Assembly (NCBI GenBank): GCA_964016885.1
Contig: OZ024756.1
Span: forward strand, 32,922,001 to 32,986,000
Source of the DNA: Eledone cirrhosa
Taxonomy: Eukaryota
DNA: 64,000 bases
Direction of reading: 5' to 3'
In this document: positions 29,210 to 43,364 of the stretch, piece after piece
Layout of the letters: the number at the start of each line of letters is the position of its first letter
Numbering within the stretch: position 1 is the first letter of the stretch
The notes under the pieces: generated by a model
Databases searched by the model: none
Seen by the model: the letters and a program-made list of their open reading frames with translations, nothing else
Told to the model about the DNA's origin: nothing
Position numbers and translations under genes: made by a program

Positions 29210-30038
29210 TTAACAATCCATTATCATAATGCTTTCGTTGTAGGATATTAACAGATATTTCCCACAAGGCTGCCTATTACCTAACCATCTATCTATATCT
29301 GATGATATATTTCAAGACAATCTGCTCTATCTTCTTTAGAGTGAAACATCGATATGCTTTTGTGTTTGTTAAGCTATTGCCTGTTATTACTAATTATGTT
29401 TATATTCATCCTGTCAATTTTCTACATGGTGTACTAAGATAATATCTAATTACATATTTAGTTATAAATGCTATCAACTCAGTATCTGTGGTTAATAAGG
29501 CATACCTGTGTCGTATAGATCATTCATCAAGGCCCCTTACAATCCAGTCGACTAAATTATGATTATATCTCATAGGGAAAGCTTTCTGGTTACTGCATTG
29601 TATTTGTTTTGTATTTAACTATATGAAATATTAATATAATTCGTCTGTATTATTGTGTGTAAACTGTTTCTTTCATTTGTGTGACTTATACAATCTAGTT
29701 CATTGATTCCTAAGCATTTAAACAGTGCATGTTTTTGCACTTATTTAATCTACTGTTTTTAATAAACTAATATAGTATCATGGCTTCTTTTTATTAACTT
29801 CCTTCACATGGAGGTGACATTGGTGTCTATCTGTACATGAATGCCGTATACTGTGATCATGTGAGACTGTATAATATAAATAGAAATGCTTTCATTTGAT
29901 ATTCAATATGTATCATATATCTCGAAGACATCCATGTACAAATTACTTTTATTTTTTATTTTTCTCCAAAAGTATATGGTACTGAATCAAGTTGCCTTTA
30001 AACATGGTGGTTCAAGATGTTACACTATATAATGTATG

Positions 30039-30099
<61 letters not shown>

Positions 30100-30729
30100 C
30101 AACGGAGAAGAGAGATGAACAAAAACAACACAAAGAACACATATAGTTGAAATGTATTTAATTGGATGAAACCGAATGTCATTTGTTGTAAGCTTCGCGT
30201 AAACCTGCTCTTTCATTTAGCTGTAGGAAATAATATGATAAAATACTCTCAAATGTACATACATCCACACATTTACATAAATACGTATACAAGCGATATC
30301 ACATGTCATGAAAGCAGTAATGGGATAATTGCCAAGATCTGCTGGTCTTAGTTATCTAATCCTGCCGTTCTTTAGCTTCCTACAGCTTTGAAATCAGCAA
30401 CATCCTTCAAGAAAATGATATTGAGTGAAAAATGAGCGATAAATATAATAGGGTGAGAAAATGGGATTGAGAGTGAATGATACAAAATAATACAGACATT
30501 GCAGCATAAGAATGAAACAAGATATCTCGCACCGAATTAGTTTCTTCGATTCTTGTTTTTGATGAAGGGATTTTAGCCTGAAATATATGGACCATTAAAC
30601 AACTTGAAGATAACACATTTGTTATCAACAGTCTTAACAGTTAAAATCACATTTGCGTTACTGAGGACGTGTATATATACATATATATACACACACACAT
30701 ACATAGATACATATTTATATATATGTATA

Positions 30730-30864
<135 letters not shown>

Positions 30865-31391
30865 ACGTATACATACATATACACATACACACACATATAT
30901 TAGATAAATATACTAAACAATTTTCATTTAAATATTTGTGCAATAGCAGTATATGCAGTATTGTGTAAATCACTAGGAATCATAATAAAGGAATAGAGAG
31001 AAATGATGGAAAAACAAATGTAAATTGCATAAGATTGCATAGGATTACATGGAAGGAGCATGGTGGTACGCAACAATAGCTTACATTCATGGCGGTTATT
31101 GAAAGAAGGAAGAAAAATATGGCGCATATAAAGAAAGTTAGCGCGAGATATGGACTACCAACAATGATGAGAACAGACAATTGTGAATGTTGAATAGATA
31201 AAAGATTATTAAAAAGAAGAAACTCAATAAGATTATATGAAGAAAATGAGCGCGGTAAAGTAAAATATTAGATATAAGAAGCGAAGGCAATGCAAAAATG
31301 ATGATGTTTTTATCAGTGTTTATGCTAAACAGGCGATGGAGGAAACCGAAACATGAAAACGATACAAATAATAATAATAGTAATTGTAGTA

Positions 31392-31426
<35 letters not shown>

Positions 31427-31911
31427 TATGATAATAATGATTGTAGACAACAAAACCAAAATGGTGGCTCATTGTGTAAGAATTCAGAGTTTGTTATAGT
31501 ACTATTGTTATGGTAGTGGTTAATGCTAGGCATTTGAAAAGTAACTATGTAGAAAAACAACATCAAATGTATTCATTTTTTAAAGAAAGAACTTGAATGG
31601 AATCTTCGTTTATTTTCACGAGATAAAGTGAAGAAATGCTTTGGCTTATGTTGCCTGAATGAATGAATTGGTTGACGGATGAATGGATGGATGGATGGTT
31701 TCAAGATTATGTGTTATGTGGAAATCAATCACTTATTTCGCTGTATATTAAACGGAAGACGGGAAATTGGCAAAATCATTAGTAAATCGGATATATCGTT
31801 TAGCGGTATAATTTCCACCTCTCAACGCTCAGAGATCGAAACAAAACCGAAGCCAACTTACATGATGTAAAAATTACTAACCGAGTAATGATCTCTCTCC
31901 CCCTCTCTCTC

Positions 31912-31983
<72 letters not shown>

Positions 31984-32202
31984 GAAAGAGATGTAGTAAG
32001 GAACCAGATGTACCATAACGCACCAGAGTACTCAATAGTTAGAGTAGTAGTGTGGGTAATAGGAAAATACTTTACCCGGTCGGCAGAGCTAAAGCCGTTT
32101 CGACGGCTATAACATTTTCCTATTACCCATTCTACTACTACCCTAAGTATTAAGTACTCTGGTGCGTTATGGTCCATCTGGCTCCTTACGACAGCTCCTT
32201 CG

Positions 32203-32269
<67 letters not shown>

Positions 32270-32272
<3 letters not shown>

Positions 32273-32521
32273 GATATTAAACAAATGGAAACTATATTTA
32301 TAAAACCATATTTTTTTCATTATACATATTTCGGGGATACCATATTAAAAATATGGCATGCCTTCTTCAGATAAAATACAATATATAAGCAGTTTTATAA
32401 ATAATTTTGACGTACCATAAATATTGATCAACTTTCATGTAAGAAGTTGGTTTGGTAGTCATATATATATGATATATATGACTTATATATATATTGGTAG
32501 TCATATATATATGATATATAT

Positions 32522-32594
<73 letters not shown>

Positions 32595-32905
32595 GTCGAA
32601 ACGGCTCGAGCTCTGCCATCGGGTTCACACATTTTCATATATATATATATATACAATGATATTAAATAAATGGAAACTACATTTATAAAACCATATTTAT
32701 TCTATTATATATATCTGAAGGATACCAACATTTTGGCACCCTTCAATTATATATAATAGAATAAATATGGTTTTATAAATATAGTTTTAATTTTTTTAAT
32801 ATCGTTGAATATCATACTCCAGAAAACCTATCGAGTGCACTGAATCAGTTATAAACATTTACATTTGTTGAATTACCAGCAAATTGAATGTCCCTTCTGC
32901 TTATA
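32270..32905. mobile_element. Family A copies: minus-strand HHR (about 32313-32378) and a shorter fold-back with tail (32655-32905)
   Basis: Reverse complement TATTTTAT-CTGAAGA-AGGCATGCCATATT..AATATGGTATCCCC-GAAA-TATGTA-TA-ATGAAAA; homologous to 5379-5796. Confidence 0.65.
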
Positions 32906-33073
32906 TATATATATATATGGTTATACTTTGGGAGGGTCATGTTGCCAATAAGAAACACACGCACCAGTTGCTTTCAATTCAATTTAATTTAATATATATT
33001 TATAAATTTACAAATTTATAAATTTCTGGTTGGTTGGTTGGTTCCACAACCAGATAGTTGTTTATATATATAT

Positions 33074-33118
33074 AGTCATAGTTCTTTCGTCACACACTCT
33101 GTGACCTCTTCAGTGACT
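33074..33118 (-). ncRNA. Minimal type I hammerhead ribozyme, family D second copy
   Basis: Identical in sequence to 25674-25718. Confidence 0.75.
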
Positions 33119-33242
33119 GGGGATTTCTTTCTTCGTTTCTGTGCCTTTCATATTGGCAACATGACCCTCCCAAAGTATAACAATATCGGTTTCAACACAC
33201 GATTTCAGATAAAGAATCTTGCTAAACAAATTCAGAAACGAA

Positions 33243-33314
<72 letters not shown>

Positions 33315-33710
33315 TTTTTTTTAATTTATATATATGTGTGTGGGGGTGTGTATTTAGTTTCCTCTGGAAGAAATCGGATGTCTAGACTTAGACAGTGATA
33401 ACAATTTCAGTACGATTCCCTCAGGAAATAAAGGCCTATTACTGACATGGACGAATGGGTATTATGAACGCATGCGTTTGAACGTGCTCACTCGATTGTA
33501 TGGATACATGTTCAGTCAGTGTGCTTGTGTTATACTGTCTGTGAACATATGTTTACATACGAACTATGTGTACATGTGAATGTGTATTTTTGCTTGCTTG
33601 TACAATTGGAGCAAACTCAGAGAAAATTCCTTGATACAACAGGCCTTGGATATATTATGTATGTGTACAATGAGTGAGTAATAGTTTCGTTGTGATTATT
33701 AGTAATCCCA

Positions 33711-33910
33711 GGGTGGTGGATTGGCAGTATCGGTAGAGAGTCGGATGTCATACTTTCCAGCATAGAGTTACGCCGCTTTACGGTCTGAGTTAACTTTGCC
33801 TTTCATCCTTACGGGGTCGATAAAATATAGCACCAGTAACTTAATGGGGTCGATTTAATCGACTTTCCCCTCCCCACAAATGTCTGGCCTTGTGCTTACA
33901 CTAGAAATCG
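33711..33910 (+). mobile_element. Dominant SINE copy (longer subfamily)
   Basis: GGTGGTGGATTGGCAGTATCGGTAGAG...CTTTGCCTTTCATCCTTACGGGGTCGATAAA...GGCCTTGTGCTTACACTAGAAATC. Confidence 0.85.
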
Positions 33911-34636
33911 TTATCGGTAGTCCTAGGTCTCAGGCCAAGCAATCCTGTAGCGTATACGTTCACGGTAAACGTACTGAATTGATGAATATTTTCGCAGTGC
34001 CTGAATTAGGGTATATTCATTCATTTGAAGCAACGCTGATCAAAGAAGGACCATGATATTTCCAGTCATATTTCTTCACCACATGTCATGCAATGTATAT
34101 ATTATAACTTTGCTGCTATTTCTAGCAAAATGTACTACATTCTACAGACCCTGTGTTTTCGTAGACTAAAATGATGTAAACTGGTAAATTAACGACCAAT
34201 TTATACAATAATGAATGACGGGAAGAATAAAAGCCCCCCAATACAATAAAATGTATTAATATTTACTAAAATGTATTAATATTTAATAAAATGTATTAAT
34301 ATTTACGATACCAATAAGTGGACGTTATTAAAATATCCTACAATTTAATAAATGCTACATATAATTTTCTTTCGAGGCACCAAATTGTAAATACCTATAT
34401 ATATATATGAATATGAATATATATGAATATGAATATATATGAATATGAATATATATATATGAATATGAATATATATATATATATATAAATATATATATGA
34501 ATATATGTATGTATATGAATATGAATATATATATATGAATATGAATATATATATATATATGAATATGAATGCATATATATATATATGAATATGAATAGAT
34601 ATATATATGAATACGAATATATATATATGATTATGA

Positions 34637-34681
<45 letters not shown>

Positions 34682-34737
34682 TATGAATATAGATATATAT
34701 AAATATATATATATATATAGATATATATATATAGATA

Positions 34738-35057
34738 TATAAGTAAAAAATATGAAATCGATAATGCAACAGGAGTCTTTTTAAGAATATTTATTTCGTT
34801 CCTTTACCGGTATCGCAGTTCTTAAGCTTTTCAACAGTAGAATTAAGATGGAGGGTTTGTGGTTTTTCTCGCGAGACAAACTATAAACCCTACATCTCAA
34901 TTCTACTTTTTAAAAGCATGAGAACTGCGAAATAGGTAAAGGAACCAAATAAATATTCTTAAAAAGACTCCTGTTGCATTTTCGATTTCATATTTTTTAC
35001 TTATACTTTCACTCGTGTAGGATATCTCGTTTTTTTTCTCTTTGGAAAAAAAACATC

Positions 35058-35065
<8 letters not shown>
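34738..35065. mobile_element. Fold-back element, family F (about 125-bp imperfect arms plus tail)
   Basis: TATAAGTAAAAAATATGAAATCG...GGGTTTGTGGTTT versus AAACTATAAACCC...CGATTTCATATTTTTTACTTATA, with apex TCTCGCGAGA; no HHR core seen. Confidence 0.75.
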
Positions 35066-35088
<23 letters not shown>

Positions 35089-35102
35089 AATATATATATA
35101 TA

Positions 35103-35963
35103 CAAAATGTTATGAAACGAAAGGAACCTGTGTGGTTACTAAAAACAAGGTTTAGGGTGGTGGTCAGGACGGAACAGGAGGAGAAAGCAAGAAAGGAGTT
35201 TCCATCGTCAGCTGTAAATGTATACCGAACCGATGTTTCGGCACTGAATTGCAGGGCATCGGTGTAGTTCGGGTGCGCCCGAGGCCTTTTATTAATGAAA
35301 AGGCTAGGTGGAAAAGGAGAGAGAAAGAGAGAAAAAAAGGGAGAGAGAAAAGGAAATAGAAGGAAAGGAGGAAGAACAAGGGGGAAAAAGATGAGGAGAG
35401 AGGAAGAAGGGGAAAAATAGGAAAGGAATAGAAGAAAAAAGTGTACAGATCCCATCGTGGGAAGACACAGGTGAAAGAAACATGCAAAAAGGTAACCGTG
35501 GAAAAATAGGGAAAGTAAGTTGTGGCCAACCTGGAAGACTTTAGCCTGGTGGTCAGCCACTACTCAGAGCTGGTATAATCGTGCTGCCTCTCACACAGAC
35601 AGGAGAAAGTGAGAGAGAGACACGGGCAACCAAAAGTGAGGAGGAGAAGGGAAAGGGAGATAATCCAGAAGGGTTTATTTTACGACGGTGGTAAAAATGT
35701 GCCGCAAAGATTGCGGACAGAGAGGCCACCACAGCACGTGTAAACCTTCTCTTTCCTTTTCTCTCTCCTTTTTTTCTCTCTTTCTCTCTCCTTTTCCACC
35801 TGGCCTTTTGATTAATAAAAGGCCTCGGGCGCACCCGAAATACACCGATGTCCTGTAATTCTCAGCGCCGAAACATCGGTTCGGGATACATTTACAGCTG
35901 ACGATGGAAACTCCTTTCTCCCTTTCTCCTCCTGTTCCGTCCTAACCAGCATCCCAAATCCTG
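35103..35963. mobile_element. Penelope-like element, family G, with about 210-bp inverted repeats and a one-sided tail
   Basis: About 35150-35363 is the imperfect reverse complement of about 35745-35963; purine-rich interior; (TA)n on both sides. Confidence 0.75.
35844..35912 (+). ncRNA. Hammerhead-like motif with non-canonical strand order (degenerate mirror copy on minus strand at 35197-35263)
   Basis: ACCGATG-TC-CTGTAA ... GCC-GAAA-CATCGGT ... TTACAG-CTGACGA-TGG. Stems III and I are in exact core register; stem II is weak. Confidence 0.55.
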
Positions 35964-36310
35964 TATATATATATATATATGTATATATCCACACACATAT
36001 ATAGTAATAATAATAAATGTGAAAACTAAAATCCGAAGAGGGCTCGACAAGGACAATATATTTATAAAAAGATATAACAAAAAAAAAACATAGAGCAACG
36101 AGGATATGGGCAAATAACGGTAGAAAGTTCGTTGAATCGCCATGTCTTGTTGATTACGAAACCTTTCATAAGTTGTACTTCACATCATTAATATAACATT
36201 CAATACATTTGCCTATAAATTAGGTATTTTGAAAGTAATTATGTTCTCGTGAACCTATTACATTTTTTGTCGTGGTGGTGGTGGTGGCATTATCTCTCTA
36301 TATGTATATG

Positions 36311-36386
<76 letters not shown>

Positions 36387-36662
36387 ACAAAGAAAGTGTT
36401 GTAAGAAACCAGCTGGATCATAACGCACTAGAGTACTCGATACTAAGACTGGGTAATAGGAAAGGAATGAGGACCCCGACGGCTGAGCTCCAGCCGTTTC
36501 GACAGCTAGATCCTCGTTCGGATCTATGTGTCGGACCGGCCAGAACTCAGCCGTCGGGGTCCTGATTATTTTCCTTTTTATATACACACACACACACACA
36601 CATATATATAGAAAACAAGTAAATGCGAAGTAGTTTTAAATATTAAAGTCTTTTATTTTTAA

Positions 36663-36737
36663 AGCTGATACATATTTCAATGAAGACAGTGCCCACGTGA
36701 TTCTGCATACCCGGTGCCATATTCTCATCAGACAGCT
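36663..36737 (-). ncRNA. Degenerate type I hammerhead motif
   Basis: Reverse complement AGCTGT-CTGATGA-GAAT...ATT-GAAA-TATG-TA-TCAGCT, followed by AATAAA and a tail ending in TA/CA repeats; stem II is poor. Confidence 0.45.
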
Positions 36738-38710
36738 GCTTACATTCCCGAGGCAATCCAAACTGAAACGACAAGGCAACGGACAAGCTGATGTTCTTGA
36801 AGTCTATATACATATATGTATGTGTATGTCTACATATGTGAGTGTATGTTTGTTTGTCTGTATGCACATGTATATGTGTGTGTGCTTGTGAGTGTCTCTT
36901 TATAGAAAAATCACCGGCGGTGGTGCAACTTTTCTGCAAGTATTTTCTTCTTTATTGTAATATATTGTTTTCGTCTGTTGATTCCTTGTTTATTTTCTCC
37001 TTTATTTCTATTCACATTCATATAATTCTTCGCCATCTCTTTTATATCTTCGTATATTTATATAATTCATAGGTTCTTCTTTTAGAAGCTATACTTCTGG
37101 CCTCGAAAACAGCCACTTCAAATATAATATAAGAATTTCATTTCAAGCTTCCGAATTTTTGAAAGATGTTTATCCATTAGGTGTATGGCGCCAAAATACC
37201 TCTCTCGTCTCCCAGAATGGAATTATGGTGCTATAACTAATAAATGAGATCCCGAGTCATATGTTGTCCTGAAATAATCATTCTTCTCTCAGTTAATACT
37301 CTTGGAAAACAATGGCAACACATAAATTATACAGAAATAGTTTTATTTGGATGCTCGCCAAAAAGAGGGATTTTCGTTTTGTTGCCATATTTGCATTAAA
37401 TTGACGTATGGCTGTTTACATATGGAAGTTAGTATCTACACAGAAATATGGTTGGCATCCTATATATCAATACGAAACGTTTAATATTGCATCTTTCTTA
37501 ATATAGTTTCTTTACAATATTATTAACGCCAGTATACAGAAAATATTATACTTCCAAGGCGTCGAAATTGTGAACGGGTTTCCATTCTAAGCTAAATTCG
37601 TTAAGTTTTCCCTTTAAAGTAAAGAGCGTGGCCTACGTTTTAATGTATTTTACTCAAGATTACAACATGGAGAATTCGAATCTAAGAAATGGTGGTATGG
37701 TGTGATCTTAAGGAATGTCTTTCCTTTGACATAGCTTCAGTCTACGGAGCTGGCAAAGTGTGTATCGGTACCAGCATTGGCTTTAACCATGCTAGAGACA
37801 GCCTTCACATCCATAATGACAAAAGTACCTTGAGTTCGCATTCTACGCCTCATGAAATCGCGATGAATCACAGACCAATGGGTCTATTGGCTATAGACAG
37901 AATATAAATATTTCACTTTAGAAATCTCAATTTATACTGTTGAAAACAAAGTGAATATAGATGAAACTCTCCACTTTGTTCACAAACGTATTAGTCAATT
38001 GACTCACATGATCGGTTATTAGCCGTTGATGTTTGGGCAAAATTCGAGCTCAAAAAGCATACACGTGGAGCCTGCTCTGCTTGATATTTTATCCAACGCT
38101 CTGACAAATCCGCCAATCTAGCGCCATGGACCAGTAAATTAATTATTGAATCCGAAAGGGCATTGATCTCAGACCGCAGAGAACCGGAATGAAGACTCGA
38201 AGCCTTTTTCTCTGACTCGACTCACTAATTATTCAGCCAGTTTGGCGTCTCTCTATTATATTAATGAAACTATAATTTATCCGTAAAGTGGGATATCATC
38301 TTTTAGATAGCATCTTTGAATCCATTCCAACACATTTGATGATAAAACATTCGTGTTATTGAATAGAATGTCGTTAAATGCGAGGAGGGTATGTATAAAG
38401 TATACAATATGACGTGTTATATAACAACAAGTGAGTGTACATTCTCAAACATTATATGTGTAAGGCGTATTGTTCTCCCAAATTATATTAATAACACAGT
38501 GATGGCGGGTCCTTTAGGATGATTTCATTTATTAACGTAAATCTTGAGTTAAGTGGAAATACGTGTATAAAACCTTTTGAAATTTTGAAGCCTTCAAACA
38601 AACATGATGTTACGTATGGAATTAAAGATTATTCAATAATGAGCGATTAGTTTAGATCAGAGACAAAAGAAAGTAAATGATGTTATGCCTGAGCGTGCAT
38701 ATGTGTGTGT

Positions 38711-38791
<81 letters not shown>

Positions 38792-38832
38792 AGAGAGGAG
38801 TAGAGAGAAATATATATACTCACACATATATA

Positions 38833-38907
<75 letters not shown>

Positions 38908-39229
38908 TAAGAGAGAGAGAAATAAAGAGAGAAGGAGAGATTGAGAGAGAGATGGGGAGCAGGAGGATATAACTCGGTAATTACGCATGTAAAAGCATAA
39001 AGCTAAGCCCGTTATTTACATGTTAGCTTTGAAGGTGAAACGATTTTAGAACAAAAGCAGTTGTCGTTACGGAGAGATTATGCTCATGTACATGTGAAAA
39101 AGCTTCCGCATAAAATATTATAGGAGATAGATAGAGAGGAAATGAAATGCACACACACATACACACACACATACGCACACACCCACCCACACACAAATGC
39201 TCACGTACACACACAACCACATGACGGAA

Positions 39230-39269
<40 letters not shown>

Positions 39270-39951
39270 ATGTCATCATCATCATGACCGTTTTACGTCC
39301 GTTCTTCCACGCTAGCATGAGTTAATATATATATACATATATATACATATATATAGAGAGAGAGAGAAAGACAGAGGGGGAGAAAGAGACAGAAAGAGAG
39401 CGAACGAGAGAGACATTTGATTACGAAAAAGTAAAACCAAAATTCAACGTAAAATTGAATGTACATACATAATCATATAAAAAAAAAATCTGATTTTATA
39501 TATATACATATCCATACACATTACATACAAAAAGAAAAAGGAAGGGAGTGAAATGCCTTTATGATATCTGAAGTTAAAACCTACATAAGATTTATAAAAA
39601 AAATTGCAGCAGCAGCAGAAAAGGGAAAAACAAGAACTATTATACTTTGTACATTCATAGATAGCGGTTGAGCGGAAATTAGCAAGAAATGCTATTGGAC
39701 AATCAAATGATAAGGTGACAACGAAATATATAATAATAAAAAGTATTATATAATACAAAGATATTACATGAGAAGCAATTGTCAAGATGCCAACGTGTAG
39801 ATATCCGTTTATATATTTTTTTCTGAAAATGTAACACGGAGATATTGGTGTGAAACAAAAGTATTTTACCATGAGAAGACATAAATCTATCGCACAAATT
39901 CAATGTACACACTCAATAAAAAAAGCCCACATGCTTTCTACACGCACACAC

Positions 39952-40034
<83 letters not shown>

Positions 40035-40354
40035 AAATACATCAAACAATCACATGGGGATAATTTGTAAAGAGTGTAAACACATAGTTACGTTTAATGC
40101 TAATACATGCCAGGATTTAATCTTTGTAATCTTTGAGCTTATTCTACAGGTGGTATGGCGCATGTTTCTCAGGCATGACATCCTTGATTCAATTTTGGTT
40201 ATATATATATATATTTATATATATTATTCAGAACCTCTAAATCAACAGCAACCACAACAGTGACACGACGAACAAAATCTATATAGTACCTTGTTCAAGA
40301 GGGAGACCATTTACAGGAGAGGTGAACCTCTTACATGACAACGTAACGACAGCC

Positions 40355-40399
<45 letters not shown>

Positions 40400-40624
40400 A
40401 TAATAATAAAATTGAAGACTAAAATTCAAAGAGGGCTCGATAAGGAAAATATATATCAAATATATAAGAACCGTAGAGCAAATATATACATACATATATT
40501 TATCCCGGGTTCCACGGGGTAGCACCATTAATTAAGGTACTCAATACATAGCAGTGTATAAATATTTAATATAGAAATTATCTTCTACAGGATTAGAACT
40601 GTTTTATTCGGAGAACATTATCAG

Positions 40625-40674
40625 GCTTTCCTGATGATTTCCTCCGAATGAAACAGTTCTCGACCTGTAGAAGC
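40625..40674 (+). ncRNA. Type I hammerhead ribozyme, family C, in a fold-back (arms about 40582-40625 and 40630-40673)
   Basis: GCTTTC-CTGATGA-TTTC CTCC GAAT-GAAA-CAG TTCTCGAC CTG-TA-GAAGC. Confidence 0.65.
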
Positions 40675-41134
40675 GATTTATATTATATATATATATATAT
40701 ATATATAATATAACTCATAAAGAAGCCGTCTCAAATTATCCAACGGCGTAAATTGAATTATTATCAATATAATAGAACATAAATATGGTTTGCTAGAATA
40801 GTACCCTCTATAAACACATATTGGTAGTATTCAAATATTCAAACATTTACCTAAATTCAATATTATTAAAATATAATCACACGAGTAAAGACAATCGTTA
40901 AAATAGAACGAGTGAGCAATATAATTCTGACTTTCCATTGAAGTTATTTAAATTGTTCAGCAAATATATTTAGATCATTTCACATATATGTTTTTTTGTT
41001 AGTTTATGATTAGATTGATTGGCAAATTGCTACTTAGTTGAAACACTCAAGTATCTCTCCCTTGCTACCCCCCCCCCCCTCTATATATATATAAATATAT
41101 ACCAATCATTATTTAATACATTATTTAATACTAC

Positions 41135-41318
41135 GGTGGATTGTCAGTATTGGTAGAGGGTCTGGCACTATGCTTTGTAGCATAGAGTTTCGTCCCTTTG
41201 TAGTCTGAGTTCAAATCCCGCCGAGGTTAACTTTGCCTTTCATCCTTACGGGGTCGATAAAATAAAGTACCAGTAATACACTGTCATAATTGCTGGCCTT
41301 GTGCCAAAAGTGGAGACA
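41135..41318 (+). mobile_element. Dominant SINE copy with near-TSD
   Basis: Full SINE flanked by ATTATTTAATACT / ATTATTCAATACT. Confidence 0.85.
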
Positions 41319-42284
41319 ATTATTCAATACTTCCTTTATACTTTACGTTTGAAGGAGGGCCTAGTGGATTTAGGAAGGTATCTCAAAAATGAACACTTGT
41401 TCTGACTGCTTGAAACTGAATAATTTTAGCTAAAGGTGGTCAAGACATTTGTCGAAATACTTAAATGTTCGATAGTTTAAGGCTACGGTTGGATGTATTT
41501 GAACTTACAATACAATGAACAATGATATATACAACACATCTCATTTGATGCTCTTGACCGGAAAGCCACTTTATCAATCGACCAGGGAACGATGAACACA
41601 TATGATGTTGGCAGTATTTGAAGTCGCAAGGAAAAGCCGGATCAAATACCCGAAGCCATATGATAGGGAACGGTTGCTCTTCCACCAAGAAACAGCGCTG
41701 GATTGGTGCTTTATATATCAACTAGAAATTTAACCTATATAGGATTTGTTCACAGAATGCAAGAAGCCAAAATACATGCAAGGCATTTCTGCCGATATTC
41801 TAAAGCTTCTACCTCTTTGCCGCCAGGTTTATTACACACTTTCATAAGACACAGAAAAAAGTTTCTTCCATTGATTATTGACAACGTACGTTACGGAGTT
41901 AGCACAATCTTGCTTAAATAATTGTGCATGTATTCACCACATGCAGCTATCTTAAGTTTAAAATAAAACTTTGCTACAACACAATGGAACCTATTAATCT
42001 ATACATCTTTTTCTATATAGCAATTAAGAACCGTTACCTTCCAGGAACATTTTCAAATTGGTTTTCTTTTCTTATGTCGGATATTAACTGTTCGCTACCT
42101 ACATCGCCTAAATTCCTATAATTAGATCTTTTGTCAACATAAAAGCGTTGCGTTTTGTAACAGTTTAGTGTAGTTAATAAGTGATTCTTTATTTCTTCTT
42201 ACTGGTAAATTATCCGATGTGAAATTTCTGTAGAAATCACTGAAGGATAAATCCTTGATGGTGCCGCTGTTCAATAAAAGCTCA

Positions 42285-42322
<38 letters not shown>

Positions 42323-42778
42323 TGATTTTTCCTGAAATTAGCAATCACATTACAGTCCAAAATCAACAACAAGATTATATGTTTATTTAGGTGAACACTG
42401 TAAATAATATTTATCTAAACATTGCACATTATACATCTTTACAGAAAATCGTGCCTAATACATTGACCGAAAGTTAAGTAAAGCAGCATGAATGAAATAT
42501 TTGAGTTGCAACATTATATTGGCATCGAAATAGCAATTGCTGCTGCCATATTCCTTCAGGGCATAGTATATAGGATCCATGCTCAGATGAAGAGAGCATT
42601 TACTGGTTGAAGCATTTAGCAACAAATACAATAACTACCTTAGATAACATATTCAAACTACTTCAAACAGATATGCCACATGAAAATAAATTGGCAATTT
42701 GTAAACTAACATGTTTGATTGAAAAAATCCAAATTTACTTACTTTTCTTATCATATTCACAAAGATACACCACACACA

Positions 42779-42835
<57 letters not shown>

Positions 42836-42861
42836 CAATAATAAATGTGAAAATTTAAATA

Positions 42862-42930
<69 letters not shown>

Positions 42931-43087
42931 AATAGAGCATACCACTAAAACCCTGTGGTGTTTTCCCCTTTATTCATGGACGTACTCCCGACTTATTAAT
43001 AGTAAATACCAGTTTAATTATGCTTTACATTTTCTCATATATTTCTTCTCTATCAACTAACATTTATTGTTAGTAATAATAAATATA

Positions 43088-43362
43088 ATTGTTTCTTGAT
43101 TTAGTCACAAGGCCACCAACTTTCTGTGAGGAGAACGTTTATTAAATCGACCCCAGTGCATCACTGGTGTTTTATTTCATCGACCTCGTAAGGATGAAAG
43201 GCAAAGCTAACCTCGGCGGGAGAGTCTCCAACGCTCAGCCTATACTGCCAATAAGTATAATTGTTTCTAATTTTGGCACAAGGCCAACAATTATCCCAGT
43301 ACGTTACTGGTACTTTGTTTTGTCTACCCCGTAAGGATGAAAGGCAAAGTTAAATTCAGCGA
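43088..43362 (-). mobile_element. Two tandem minus-strand SINE copies
   Basis: SINE core GTAAGGATGAAAGGCAAAG at about 43188 and 43331. Confidence 0.8.
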
Positions 43363-43364
43363 GT

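Noticed and set aside
41461-41921. Possible decayed hAT transposase fragment (DTEKSF resembling the ERSFS motif)
   Set aside because: The similarity is too short and interrupted by stops to support without a profile search.
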